A stretch of DNA of 63,701 nt, counting the filler, from Lenisia limosa (Eukaryota > Protista > Breviatea): assembly GCA_001655205.1 (NCBI GenBank). It is 9 parts of 9 records of this genome, joined end to end, with 100 filler letters (N's around TTAATTAATTAA, not from the genome) between each part and the next. Parts side by side here need not be neighbours in the genome. Positions count along the whole stretch, not along the records: positions 1 to 1,712 come from LPNZ01005099.1; positions 1,813 to 24,108 come from LPNZ01011570.1; 7 more parts are not named here. One strand, 5' to 3'. Each line of letters begins with the position of its first letter. The first letter of the stretch is position 1. Under the pieces are notes generated by a model that did no database searches, was not told the DNA's origin, and worked only from the letters and a program-made list of their open reading frames with translations. The translations under genes and the position numbers were made by a program. This document shows, in pieces, positions 1-13,228 of the stretch.

Positions 1-2032
1 AGGCCCAAAGACATCCGAGGTCGTTCTCGCCTCCGCTTAGAAAAATCAACTACAAGCGCCTCCGTGTTGGATGGATGGTTTAATAATATCTGTAAATGAG
101 TCAAATAAGGAGAATCTGGTCGAAGATATATAATTATATTGTGTTTTTGTACAACATTTCCTCACCCAAACCAATTTAGTCTTTTTTTTCAGACGTGTGG
201 AATCGCTAATATTATTATCTAATGGCTGAAGATTTAAATATTATCAATAGCTTCTCTTCTCTACTAAATATTATCTATAGCTTCTTTTCTCTACTAAATA
301 TTATCTATAGCTTCTTTTCTCTACTATTCTGTTTTCCTGAAGTTACCCTTCTTAGGGTGGTAAGTTAGTTGTCAATTCAGGCAGAATATGCGCTTCAGGT
401 GAGTGGAGTTGAAGGAAGCTTTTTGTATCCTGACACTTTCGTCTTTGAATTTAACGACATCTCCCCTCTGCATCACAATTCGATATCTATATGTTCTTTT
501 TTTGGTTTGGTTATTGTGTTCTGCATACCGTTTCTGATATTTTATCAAGTGTCTCTTGAACGTGGCTTCGGCCAGATACTACACTCCGCTTCCCCCGTCA
601 CCACTTTTTGTTTGTTTTGTTATCTTCAACTTTTGTGTGTTTCTCAAACAGAATTGATTTTTGTTTTGTACTTTTCCCATTTTTACCGCATGACCAATTC
701 AGTTGCTATTGTCTTGACGGCGATTCATGGAAGCAAGGTCCCCCATATCTTATTCATTAAACGAGGTTTGTTGACTATTTATTGGCTTTTTTTGCCTCAA
801 AGAATGCCTGCTTTCTTTGAAGATAGTAAGATTATTCCTACTCCATATTCCTACGGGCATGGGCAACTAGCTAAGCTTGTATCATACGCAAAAAACGCAT
901 CATATTATACTTCACTATGTCTTTCGTTATTTTATTCAAATGTATTCCCCCACTTTCCGATTTTCACCATTTCAGCCGTGCGCGATACCGACCCGGTAAG
1001 ACGCACCGGGTTGTAAAGGGGGTAATGGGAGCATAAAATGGTCGGGGGTATTATGGTCGGAAAAGACGAACTTCACTTTCTTTTCCAAATAGACTATTCT
1101 CGATAAGTCCTCGATAATCGATATTTTTTCAGTCTTTGAGAATCGAAAGTAAACCTGAGAAAAGACCAACAAAATATCGATAGTCTTTGACCCCCCCCCC
1201 CTAGTTTTCAGGACATGTTGGCTTGCCTGGAGGGCACCAAGATCACGTAGATCTGAACTGTGAGGCTGCGGCTCGGAGGGAGGTCGAGGAGGAGGTCAAA
1301 ATCAAACTCACTGAAAAAAGTGGGGGATGGGGTCTATTTATTGCTTTTTGCTGAAAGTAAGTTTTATTTTAATTTTTAAAAAAAATCATCGCCTTACCGC
1401 CTTTTTTCAGGAAATTTAATTCTTACCTTTGCAGATTTCATTTGCAGCTTGCCCCCCCTAGCCACCCGGGTATCCCCATTTCTCATTACGCCACACGTGT
1501 ACTACGTCCCCGCCATCCAGTCCCCGCATATAGCCGTGCCTGTACCAGTGTTTTCCTGGACTTCTTCCAATAACATGGGATACTCTTGCACTCCTCCCCA
1601 GGTTTGTTTTAGTTTCACCTCGGTCCTAAAAATACAAGGAATATCATATATCGATATCTCTCGGGATTTTCTCGATTAATATAACGATACTAACATATAC
1701 CTCATGTGTGGANNNNNNNNNNNNNNNNNNNNNNNNNNNNNNNNNNNNNNNNNNNNTTAATTAATTAANNNNNNNNNNNNNNNNNNNNNNNNNNNNNNNN
1801 NNNNNNNNNNNNCTCTCAGCTTATAGATGTAAATATGGTGAAATTTTACCCATTTTACACTAACCTAATAAGGAAGATGTATCTGGTGATATTTTACCCA
1901 ATTTGCTGCTAATCTCCCTAGGTATGAGTTCAAGGACGCTCTGAAGCTTTCCGACTACAAATTCACGACCGTCACCGTACAAAATGAACGCTGCCTTTGT
2001 TTGGAACATACGGGAGGCTTTGGGCCTATCTT
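1..2032 (+). CDS. Nudix hydrolase, CoA-diphosphatase (NUDT7/PCD1-like) subfamily; multi-exon, 5' and 3' ends uncertain
   Basis: Phase-consistent GT-AG exons 381-398, 703-765, 976-995, 1205-1319 and 1435- join to RICASVAIVLTAIHGSKVPHILFIKRAVRDTDPFSGHVGLPGGHQDHVDLNCEAAARREVEEEVKI, a Nudix box preceded by the DPxSGHVxLPGG motif. Exon 1922-2032, beyond a linker, ends GFGPIL and fits the C-terminal LWG motif. Confidence 0.8.
241..326. repeat. Intronic tandem repeat, ~30-bp unit, ~2.7 copies
   Basis: TATTATCTATAGCTTCTTTTCTCTACTAAA repeated head to tail. Confidence 0.85.
1757..1768. other. Artificial contig linker TTAATTAATTAA (also 24153, 27065, 30466, 33035, 35506, 38847, 56889)
   Basis: The same 12-mer, with stops in all six frames, is flanked by 44 N on each side at all eight sites. 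Confidence 0.97.
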
Positions 2033-2255
2033 GTGGGGAGGGGAGATGTGTCTTTAGGTTGAGTTTCGAATTATCCAACTATACCGAAGGGAAATTATTA
2101 AGTATTGAGAGGTGGTTTTGGGGTTTTTCTTTTTTTGCCTTAGAGGGGGGGGGGGGANNNNNNNNNNNNNNNNNNNNNNNNNNNNNNNNNNNNNNNNNNN
2201 NNNNNNNNNNNNNNNNNNNNNNNNNNNNNNNNNNNNNNNNNNNNNNNNNNNNNNA

Positions 2256-2376
2256 TTTTCCTTGGGAAATCATATAGAAAGTCGGTTAAGCTAGGGCTTC
2301 ACTTAGAAAACTATCGATATTTTACCAGTTTTTCGAACTGAAGTAAGCCCTGGACTCAAGACTTATCTCGGTCACT
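2256..2376. mobile_element. Family B MITE interrupted by a family A MITE (2292-2352)
   Basis: The flanks match family B copy 63523-63597 (ATTTTCCTTGGGAAA...TCGGTCAAGACTTATC.CGGTCA). The insert starts TAGGGCTTCAC and ends AAGCCCTG. Confidence 0.8.
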
Positions 2377-2629
2377 TATGTCCGTCTAGTTTTTCATACC
2401 TACATAGTCACCCTTGTCATAGTACTATTTTCCTCATCATATGCAGTCACTATTTGCTACCGGAAGGCCCTGTTGGTCAGAGATGGATCACATCGTTTGA
2501 AAGTTCCAAGGTTATCCGAGATTAAGAACGGGGCAATCCAAAATGCCCAGTGTTGGGTGTGTGCTTCTAGGATTCTATTGCGTTTTAGTTTGTATCATTT
2601 GAGGGGAGGGCTATGTAGTCTTCACTTTT

Positions 2630-5600
2630 TGTTATACGAAGAGTTACACCACGCCGCATCGACTTGAGATTCCCTTGTATTATCATGGGAATCACATCAA
2701 TTTCTTCAAATTACCATAAATTTTATTAGTTGATATTCGAATGATGGGGGTGTGAAAAGGGTTCAAAATTTAACTCCCGAGTAATATCAGAGGGACATTA
2801 TTGTTTAGTACCACAGAAAACGGATGTATCCGCAAGTTGATGCCCTGTTTTTTTTTTTTTTGTAGAGAGTTGAGAAGCAGTCGTGTTTGAGTTCAACTCT
2901 GAAAATTATATACTATAGCAACACTATTTCTATATACACAATCAACCACATTAGTCATTAGAGTGTTTCATTTCTTCATTTTAAAACTCCATCCACACGG
3001 CTTGTGAAGAATTGAGATGATAATACTAACTCACTCAACCATTTACCTAGCCTTGTGTACAGCTTTCTTCTTGCTTCCACAGCACTTGAAAAACGATATT
3101 GATAGATATTTATCACGATAATAAAACCAACCTAAGTAGTCATATGGGGATACGGGGATGTGAGTGTATCAATGGACTTTCCAAATTGGACATTTGTCCC
3201 CATTTGTCTGTAGTAGCCCCTAAAAGCGGTTATCAAGGCTTACCAACGATCACAATGGATATGTCTTGATTAATGTCGAAATATTATCGGTCGGACCGTG
3301 GATGCCTTTACTCTAACACCCGCGCATTGACTTGGTAATTTGGGATTTAAATATTGGTATGTGAATCCTTTTTAATTCTGGAAATCTGATAAAGCTTACA
3401 AGTGCATAAGTTTGCCCGAAGGGGTCCTGTTCGTGAGAATGCCCATGGTGACGCCTTTCCTAATATGGTAAGTCGATTGTTCATATTATGGTAATTCGAT
3501 GTTTCCTATTACACTGTTGAAAACAAGCCTTTATAACTCCGTCGGATAAACTATGTAGAGTATAATGACAACTTTCACTTGTTTCATTCGAATAACAAAC
3601 ATTTCATACCAAAAGTGACAAGCCATCACAGAAAATGCGCTGTCTCTTTTGTAAATCGTGATATCATTTCAAAGTATGAAGATTGATTCTAAGCCCCCAT
3701 CGTCTTGAATTTATAAAAATCATAAACATTATATAATAAGCTCAATGTCTTTTACCAACACACCCCACCACCCAACTCTTTGACGCATTCGTTGCAAGCC
3801 ATGGACAACATGACCCTAAACAATTAAAAATAAAGACCAATTGTTTGAGACTCATTATCTTGATATAATACTATCTATCTGTGCTCTTGCCACTATTTAC
3901 GGTGTCGTATTTCTTTGTTATTTGATTGGGAAATAAAACATGAAAATGATACGCGAGTTAGGGCTTCCATGTGGTCCTGCGAAAGACTGGTTTTACGACA
4001 AATTTGTTAAACATCTATATTTCAATAGTCATTTTTAGTTCGTTGAGAAGACCCAGTTAATATCATATATGCAACAACTGATGATTTGGGGGTCACCTCA
4101 TTTGGACAAGTGGGGTTGAATTGGCTCTATAATCAATTAACCTATGGCGAAGCTAAGCGTCAAATACGATCAGACTCATCCCTCACACCGGTCAGTTGCG
4201 AGTTCGAAAAGAAGCGAAGGGTACTCCTGGGGAGTTTTTTTAAAAAGACATAGGTTGGTGTTTAAAACCGCGAACATGATTAAAACCGCGAACATGATTA
4301 AAACTGCGAACAAAAAAGGAGGCTTTTCTTTCATTTTTCGACCCAATACGCTCCTTATTTACCCCTCTTTCGCTTTGTTTGAAAATTATCGCCCGAAACA
4401 CCATTTTATACAGGGTTTTATTCAAAAGCATAGAAGGGGTACCAATATACATGCAAGATACCATCGTCATGACACACTTCAATATTGTATGCAAAATACA
4501 TCAAAAACATGGATTATGGGCCTAAAATCGTCCNNNNNNNNNNTCAAAAACATGGATCATGGGCCTAAAATCGTCCCTGTGATAAAGCAAAGACGTTCTT
4601 GCATCAACACTTTTGACTTTCACCACTCTCGAGCAACCTAGTAGCAGATAAGAAGAGAAAACGAGACAAATTGGGCAAAAATGAGCGTAAAGTTAACAAA
4701 AAATAGGCGAAAATATGATAGAAGATGTTAATAAAACAAGCTAATTTGACTCTCACCTTCTGTGCCGTTCCAGGATATACTTTCATCAGGAGTTTATTTC
4801 GTCCATTGACTCCATTATATAGGTTGAACAAGGANNNNNNNNNNNNNNNNNNNNCGATTTTTTTATCTTCTCTTTTTCTTCTTCTTTTTGGTCAAAATTG
4901 CTTTGTTTTGATGNNNNNNNNNNTTTGGCGTAAAGGAAACTGGGTCACCCCGGCCGGGTTCGATTCTGATCAAAAGATCATTTTTTTCGATTTTTTTATC
5001 TTCTCTTTTTCTTCTTTTTGGTCAAAATTGCTTTGTTTTGATGTTATTGAGAGTCTAGTGCTCAAAACTGCCGAATTTCACACTAAAAAGGGTGTTATTG
5101 AAGCGATTTATGTCGATTTTTGGCTTGTTCGCGGTTTTAATCATGTTCGCGGTTTTGACCATATATATTTGTTTTTGACGCCTTTTAATAAGTCAAAAAG
5201 TATAATGATGAGATCAAAGGCACCAATGTTTCATATGATTCAAAATATGTGATAATATCTACTTCTCTTTCACACAGAATCTATTATCAAACATAAGGAA
5301 TGGTTTTATTATACAGTACATTAATTTCAACTAATACTACTAAAAGAATAGTTACAGAGTAAAACCACATCCATACATACCTGGACAAACTGCGCTTTGG
5401 AGCACGATTGGCACCACCAACCAGGGTTAAGGGAACCGGATTTCAGCTTGGCACTCGCTAGAGTAGTGAGAGCAAGACTCATAAAGATTATTGGGATAAA
5501 ATGTAGCTATGGGGACATGTTTGCAGATTGGAGCAGATGTTATTTACTAGCTGATATTTCTATTGGTTTTTAAGACGGGGAGAAAATACAATTGACTTCC

Positions 5601-8600
5601 AAATTACACGTTAATGACAGCTAAATACAACAAGAATTTACTGGTCTAATGAATAATTAAGGCTTTACTTCAGTTCGAAACAGACCGGTAAAATATAGAT
5701 AATTTTCGAAGATTTATCGAAAAATTCAGTCTGTTTCGAACAGAAGTGAAGGACTATGTATAATGTGTATCACCTTCAGGGTTACTTTGCTCCATTTGAA
5801 CACACAAAACTTCTCTTGGGCAAGTCTACAATTCCGTCAAACAAATAACAAAAATTGATTCCTCATATTTTAGGTTTTGAAGTCACCATAATATCTTAAT
5901 AATATTGAGTAGCAAATATCTATATATGTGTGTATACTTAGGGCTCCGAATTGGACAAAATTAGAAATTAAAGTGCCTGGAATGGGATTCTTGTTACAGT
6001 ATATCCCACCTCAAATTTTGATAATAATTTCCATTTATTTGCAGGGTCACTGTATACATACACTATATAGTGATAGTCCTTGTATACATAAGTCGATATA
6101 TGATATATTTTATGTTATCTGTCAATATTGCATCACAAGATTAGTCACATCTATATCATGATGAAGGTATCAAATAAGTCAATTGATATCATAATGTAAA
6201 TAATTAAACTTATCATCCCCCCATAAATCAATATGCCTCACATATTAGGAACAAATACACCACTATTACCAATTCATATCCCCAGGCGCGAAAATTACCC
6301 AATGTAAATTCGACAGGAGTATCAAAAATTATGAATAGTCGTCCTCTGTATCCTAACTATTTGAAATCTCCACCCACTGACCACTTACCAAAGGACCCCA
6401 CGCTCACCAATACCAATCAATACCACCCCCACTTGTAAATAATATAAATCCCAGCCTACATGTCCAGGAGTAACCTGTAAACGCCCAATACTGGAAGACA
6501 GAATCATGCATGACGGAGAGGTCTAAATTAATAAACTACATATATATTAAAAATATAAATCATATAGCATGAGATTGAACCAAATAGTACAAGTTTCAGC
6601 AAAACCCACCAAGGAACTGCAGTGATAGTGTAAATGTGTGGCTTGGGCGGCAAGTTGGAGGAGGGATGGGGCAGTTTTGCGGGTAACAGGTCCCTGTTGG
6701 TTTCAGTAATGCTTGTGCCGTACTACATATATTCCCAAACTAAATGAACTTCTCGATAAATCATCGATAACTATATATATGCTGATGGTATATTTAGGAC
6801 GATAAGAAGCAATACAACAAACATCGTAATAGAAATCATTACCAAAAATTAGAAAATCCAACTGTTTTCAAATGCATCCCAAAAGTGTAGTTCTCTCGTG
6901 AGCAATTTAATTGAACAGTTCTTTTATGAGGGTAAAGTGGTAAGTAGAATTAGCAAACGAGTTCTGCCTACAGAAAACATGTTTTTATGTCCCATGTAAA
7001 CGAGGTCCTCAACATGCAGGTTGTTTGGTAGGGATTCCATGGACGTCAAAGCCGCTCTTCTTGCAAGGGACTATGACGTCAATATTCATATTTTATTGAT
7101 TAGTTTAATCAATCAAGCACAAAACAAATTTGGAATCATTTAGGCTTCTCTCAAGTCGACATTACGTAATAACTAAGAGCGATATTGTTCCTAGATTTTC
7201 CACTAAAACAAGAGAAGACAAATTACCACCTTGAGAATTGAAAAGTCACCTTTAATGGCAGTATAATTGTTCTTTGATAGAGCACGTTCCCCCACTTACC
7301 AGTTCATTTGGAAGAACAGGGACTTCAACACGACATAACAGAAAAACAGCAAGTAAATCAAAAGCACCGGAGTTGGCTGCTAGATTTGCGGGAGTATTGC
7401 CCTGGAAAAACCATGCAAATTAACTTCAAAACAAATTCGATTAGTACAGTCACAGATTATTCTCTCACAACAATTGACACACATATTCTTAAATCTAAGT
7501 GATATGGCATTAATATATTGTTAAATATAAGTGACATGATGTCCCATATATGTACGTAGGTATCTCAATAGTGATACAACATTATTATTTGAAATAGTAT
7601 TACCATATCGATATACTGGTTCCACATACAAAGTTATCTAGAGCATCAGGCACAGCTCCATGACGAATAAACGACAAACCAGCGAGAGTGAGGCCTAAAT
7701 GACCACAATAGTGCAGAAGGGTTTGGCCAGTCTGTGTGGAGATTCAACTTTAGCGAAGGCTTCCAATATGTCCAAAAAAGTAGTAATTTATTGAAAAACC
7801 CTAGACATTTTACCATTGTGTTTCAGTGTAATACCTATATATCAATGTTTGCAAAACTACGGCACTTTGACTTCTTATTACAATTTGAAAACCCCAATAT
7901 TTACAATACTTTTCAATATGACTTTTTGGAAATCTAAGTTATTTATAAGAACCCAAATACTACATTCGACACCTAAGTAATTACGGCTTTATGACCAATT
8001 TCGGTCACTTGGAGTTCTATTAAAATACTATTAATATTGATCGATATTCGTCTAGTATACCTTGGGGTGTCTCCAAAACACGAGCTCTGGAATAGTTTTA
8101 CAAGCTGTTTCGATCACGTCTGGAGTCCATCGTCTCAACTCCTCGGATACTACCACTCCAATCTGGTGCATTAATGGAAAATGAATATCAGCAAGATATC
8201 ATTTTGGTAGTATTTCAATGATATATCGGGTAATTCAAACATTGGAGGGATGGTGTGAAATTATAGATGTAATCTAATCTCACATCTAAACTCAGGCGAT
8301 GACAAAGATGAAACGCGTTGGTAAGACATTTGGTGTTCTGGGCGACAGTAGAGTGGATAATCACCGAGTTCATCTAAAATTATTTTATAAACAAGATGGA
8401 AAATTTCATAATAAACAAGATGGCAATTTTCATCATTTCATAACATCAACCCTCTCCCACAGTAGGAATGTCGATTCCGTTATTGGCAACAAAGTAGTCA
8501 ATGGTACTCTGACACCCTTCGCCAAGGGCAAGGTAAACGATTTGAGGGTTCTAACAATGTCAACATTGAATTTAATATGGGTGGAAATACGGCTTCATTT

Positions 8601-11190
8601 TGGTTCGAAAAAAACACTGAATTTCGAAGAAAACACTAATAAATCCTCGAAAACTATAAATATTTAACCTGGCTTTTTCGAACCGAAGTGAAGCTCTAGA
8701 TTAAAAATTCACATGGTGGTATCCGACCCATCACATTTATCATACAGTTCCCAAATATATTTAAATAAACTGTTTGACAGTTTATGAGAAATTGTGTATG
8801 CTCTTAGATTATTTGCGATTATTCAAGCTTACGTGGAATATCATGAGACCCTTTTCCTCCAAAATGGCAAGGGTTGCAGGACTAAGATAGCAGTAGGAAG
8901 CAAGAATGTCAGGCTATATAGTTAGAAAAACATATTATTATTTGAGACTGGGTGATGGCACCATTATTCAATACCAAATACTATAAGTACCAAAACCACG
9001 AATCAATTACTATGAATGTCCCCCACTCTGTTTATTTCGTTCAAGGGGTCACATCCCTTGTCAATCAACAGCTCCACTGTGCTGTACATACGTCGTTGGG
9101 CTAGAAACAGGAGAGGTCCGCTAACGGGACGGTGCAGGGAATTCGCGTTCTGTTATATTAAAGGACAAGTAACAGGGAATTTGTTGTGGTGTAAAAGGAA
9201 TTGTTTATGCTGTTAAAAACGGAATTATGAATATGTTATGCTAGAAAAGGAATTGATAAATTGCACTAAGGAAAAATGCAAAATGGTTACTGTACAATAA
9301 TAAATATATGATATAGCTATATATATTTATCATATGTAAGATAATATTTGAGACAAGAAACAATTAAAAAAAATAAGAATTTGTGAAATTGTGTTAGACA
9401 AGGGCGCATACCATTGTATAGAGGTTATTGAGACGATAAACTTCTGCACCCCTATCAATTAATATCCTAAATAGTCACAAAAGAGAAAACAGATTCATTT
9501 CAAGTTCATATTGATCAATAAAATCTTGAAAATGCAGAAATCTCTGAATAAGGTCCGATAAAGACTGGAAAGCTTGAAAATTTTCCAGAGTAGGGGACCT
9601 TTTTTACTCAAATTGTTAGTAGTCGCAGGATATTATTTGAATAAAGGACAACTATGTGCACGGGATAGGGTGACGTAATAATATGATGATACTGTCATGA
9701 CCTANNNNNNNNNNNNNNNNNNNNNNNNNTACTGTATATAGTATTAAGAGAGTGGGACAAACCTGATCACATCTTCTCTTTGGGCGATAATGGCTTCATA
9801 AAGCGCAGAAATCTGATATATAACATCAATGGTTCAGTATTTGAAATATGTTTCAGAATAAAGCAAGTAAAATATTTCAATTTTTCAACTCCTATACTGT
9901 TATTGTTTTGCAGTTCGATCAGATATAAGTAGAGAGGTTATCTCATTAATTAGGGCTTCACTTTGGTTCCAAACAAAACCGGCAACATATCGATAGTTTT
10001 AGAGGATTTATCGAAAGATTCAGTCTTTTTTCGAACCGAAAGTGAAACCCTATTATAAATATGATAAAAGTAATACTATCAATTTACAATGATCATGCTA
10101 AGACTCGATTTGTAGTTAGAATAGTACCAAAGAGTATTTTCCAAACCTTTATTTTAACCAATTTTCCTGCAACTTTCTTGTGGTAGTTCCATATCTAAGT
10201 GAAGTAAAAAGTTAGAAACAACTTTTATTGAGCCAAATATGGCCAAGTGCTAATATCGTAATCCTCAAAATAAATGTCTAAGGAAACCGAAAATACCACA
10301 TTGTTAGATTGTAATCTTACTTTGTTTGGGTCTGCGCCCTTAGCAAGAAACTTCACCAGGGTTTTGGTTTTCTTTTTTGCAACACCGGTTGTAAGCTGTG
10401 AGAGTGTTAGTTATAAGAGGTTATACTACATGGAATGAATCATATCATTTATTAGATATAATGGGGGAAAGAGTCAATCTTATGTGTTACTATAGCATCG
10501 CTTCGGTTCGAAAATTATCGAGAAATTTTTGAATCGAAGTGAAACCCGATGTATTAATATAGTTTACTGCTCTTGATCTTACCGATGTAAAGCCTACTAT
10601 TGTTGACTTGATAAATGGAAATAATCAAATGTCTCAGAAGAAGTTAAATTTTGTGATCAATTACTTCATATATTAAAAACGACCTTCACTTTCGGTTCCA
10701 AAAGACTTATAAAATATCGATATTTATCAAGAATTTTCTTACGAGAATTCAAACTTTCTTGGAACAAAAGTGAAGCTCTATTTAATCGAGGGATTCGGTT
10801 GTTGGAAAATACACTCCCATGTAATTACTGGCCATATAATACAAACCTTATGTGACAGTTTGAGGATTCGCTTTTCTTCTTTAGTTAGCCTTGAGTGTTA
10901 AAGTGCTCATTGGGTATAATTAATTGACTCATTGTTGGCCCATTATAATACACAATGGAGATATATTAAAATTATGACTGTTCATTGCATGGGGGTAGTA
11001 TCAGAAAATTTACAACATTTATATCGAATTATCATAATCCATCATACTATCAATATTCTCAAAAATCTCTTTTAAACAGCCCTCCCGACTTGGTACTGGA
11101 ATACGTTGTTGGATTTCTCCTTCCACTCCCACAACTGAAATGCATCCCTGCAGACGTTTAATAAGCCAAAATATCATGTTTTCAGTCCTA
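2630..11190 (-). CDS. Large multi-exon gene (possibly two genes) with ankyrin repeats
   Basis: Many minus-strand exons bounded by AG/GT. Ankyrin-like peptides: LTTGVAKKKTKTLVKFLAKGADPNK (~10322-10395), ISALYEAIIAQREDVI (~9763-9812), GPLLFLAQRRMYSTVELLIDKGCDP (~9030-9150), IVYLALGEGCQSTIDYFVANNGID (~8460-8550). The full exon chain was not resolved. Confidence 0.55.
4258..5160. repeat. Inverted pair of 18-bp tandem arrays (AAAACCGCGAACATGATT)n
   Basis: About 3 units on + at 4258-4312 and about 2 units on - at 5126-5160. Confidence 0.8.
5658..5756. mobile_element. Family A hAT-type MITE
   Basis: Degenerate TIRs of the consensus TAGGGCTTCACTTCGGTTCGAAA; flanks TGAATAAT/TGTATAAT (7/8 TSD). Confidence 0.85.
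9951..10052. mobile_element. Family A hAT-type MITE
   Basis: TAGGGCTTCACTTTGG...CCGAAAGTGAAACCCTA; flanks TCATTAAT/TTATAAAT (6/8). Confidence 0.85.
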
Positions 11191-11255
11191 AAATCAAGTA
11201 GTATATAATATGCATAAATATCACATATCATTCAAAACAAGAGGAATGTCTACTT

Positions 11256-12725
11256 CTAAACGATATTCAAATGTAATCATTCAAAATCGGAACAACAAGT
11301 TCGTTGTTTCGATGATGAATGACAAATTATTCTTGGTACCTTGATTTAAGAGACTATAATTCCGCAGACCTTCAGTTTTAATGGCTTAGGGCTTCAGTTA
11401 CCACATATCGGAATTGATGACTTGCCATATTTACGCCTTGAATGTGCTTCAGGTATACTTAATACAGTAAATTCGAACAGAAAGGCAGACTTGTGTGTAA
11501 TTTGTAAACTTTGGGGGAACTGCTTTCTTAGTTCTGGTGAAACGTGTTTAGGTATTGAATATATTCAACTAATAAAATCACTACTTTTACCACTTCTTCA
11601 ATCTTCTCCAGTGAACCTTTGGGCATAATTGGTAATAGAACTTACCTTATATGGCAATTATAGGCCTCATTTTGGAATTATTTTCCGGGCCTTTCACAAT
11701 CCACTTCTTGCCTGATAAGGAAATTATGTCACATTATCTGATTCTACAAGTTTATTAGAGCCAATTAAAGCCTTTGCAGATGAGAAGTCTAAATATGACT
11801 CAATATATAAGAATTTTAAACAATTGTGGGGGTACCTCCCATGTTGTTTTATTAATTCCAGGAAAAGGCAATATGTATCAAAATTTAGATATTTTACTTG
11901 TGTTTAGAGACGATAATTGGCATTTCTTGTCAATTAAGAAGAGAGTGAGGGGATTCTTGTGGAATGCAACCACTTGCCTGTTTGGGTAAGTACATGCAAT
12001 GAAGAGTCAATCCGAATCGCAAATTTTCTAATTATCACAAGATTTCCAACAAGATAGCAACTATATACTAATTTTGCATTATTAGAGATATCATATTCTG
12101 CGGGATTGTTTTATGAGGGATCAAAATCCCGAACGAAGAGGCCAGGTGCAGCTCTCTTCTTCTTAATCGTAGCTAAAGATGAAATTGAAGAGGATAAAAC
12201 GATTGTATTCGCTTTATTGAGAATGTAGGGGTGTGCACTTCTTATAGTTTATCACCAAAAGATTGCCATCTAACACGAAACTGTATTGTGCTCTGAAACA
12301 ATGTTTATATCATCCAGAAAGCACTATCCTCAATGAATATTATTAATGTATTATCAACATTTGCGTACTTGAACTTCACAAATCAGACCCATTAACGACA
12401 AAAGTCAAGTTACATACCTAGCTTCACTTTGGTTTAAAATAAGACTGAATCTTTCGATTCATCATCGAAAAGTTTCAAGATTATTCGAACCTAAGTGAAG
12501 TCCTAGTTATAATGATCATCTTACTTACATATATTCAGTTTTAAACTCTCTCTCTAAATTTTAGCTCTCTCATTAAAATTGAATTGTCGTAATAGTTCCC
12601 ATAGATGGACGACCCTCCATCACCTAGGTATCTCAAGGGAGGATGGAGCCGACCACTGCAGCTCTTCCCATCTGAGGAAGACATCCAGACCATTTCGGAC
12701 AGCAGCGTGCTTGAAAATGCCATGT
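11256..12725 (+). CDS. Multi-exon hypothetical gene
   Basis: Open AG/GT-bounded segments, e.g. 11759-11826 (PIKAFADEKSKYDSIYKNFKQ), ~11908-11985 (RDDNWHFLSIKKRVRGFLWNATTCLF) and ~12087-12224. No family recognised; the start is uncertain. Confidence 0.35.
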
Positions 12726-13228
12726 CAGGGTGTAATATATATCTCTTCAATTTGATTAATCAAAGTTCTGACGTATCGACTTAGGATTCACATTCAGTAT
12801 TTGGAAATCTTATATTTCATCAGATTTTCATAAAATATGGGATTCCACGGTTAATAATGGAATACCAATAATGTAATAATAATTTTAAGAATGTATTGAC
12901 ACTTACTACACTGTTTCTGAGATTTGGACCATCTAACTATTAAGGTGGTCCCAGTACAGTGTTACAAAGTCTTTCAGAATGCACCCTCATGTAAGGGGCA
13001 CTTTTGTGTAACGTTTTATCATTGATATATATATTACACACATATTCTGAAGTCTTTAGTACTAGGGCTTCCCTTCGGTCATTTAATAGACTGACTTTCT
13101 CGAAAAATTCTCGGTAAATATCGATATTTTGCTGCTTATTTTTGGCTTTAGAGATAGTATATATATTTCCTTCTTATATCAATATAATTGAAAATTCCTT
13201 ATCCTCACACCTTAAGTTGTCCTGTAAA

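Noticed and set aside
369-1016. 215-aa ORF as a membrane protein
   Set aside because: It reads through AT-rich introns; only short parts are Nudix exons.
1757-1768. Recurrent palindrome TTAATTAATTAA as a biological signal
   Set aside because: Always centred in a 100-bp N spacer, so it is an assembly linker. Gene neighbourhoods across it (e.g. APEH ending at 35506) cannot be trusted.
1922-2032. Resemblance to the clathrin heavy chain N-terminus (FTTVTVQNERCLCLE)
   Set aside because: The segment is short, has no further clathrin exons, and fits the Nudix C-terminus better.
11640-11720. Reassigned stop codons (TAA/TAG = Gln)
   Set aside because: The apparent in-exon stops vanished when the opposite strand was used. 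NTF2 and the cyclase end in TAA and CLP1 in TAG.
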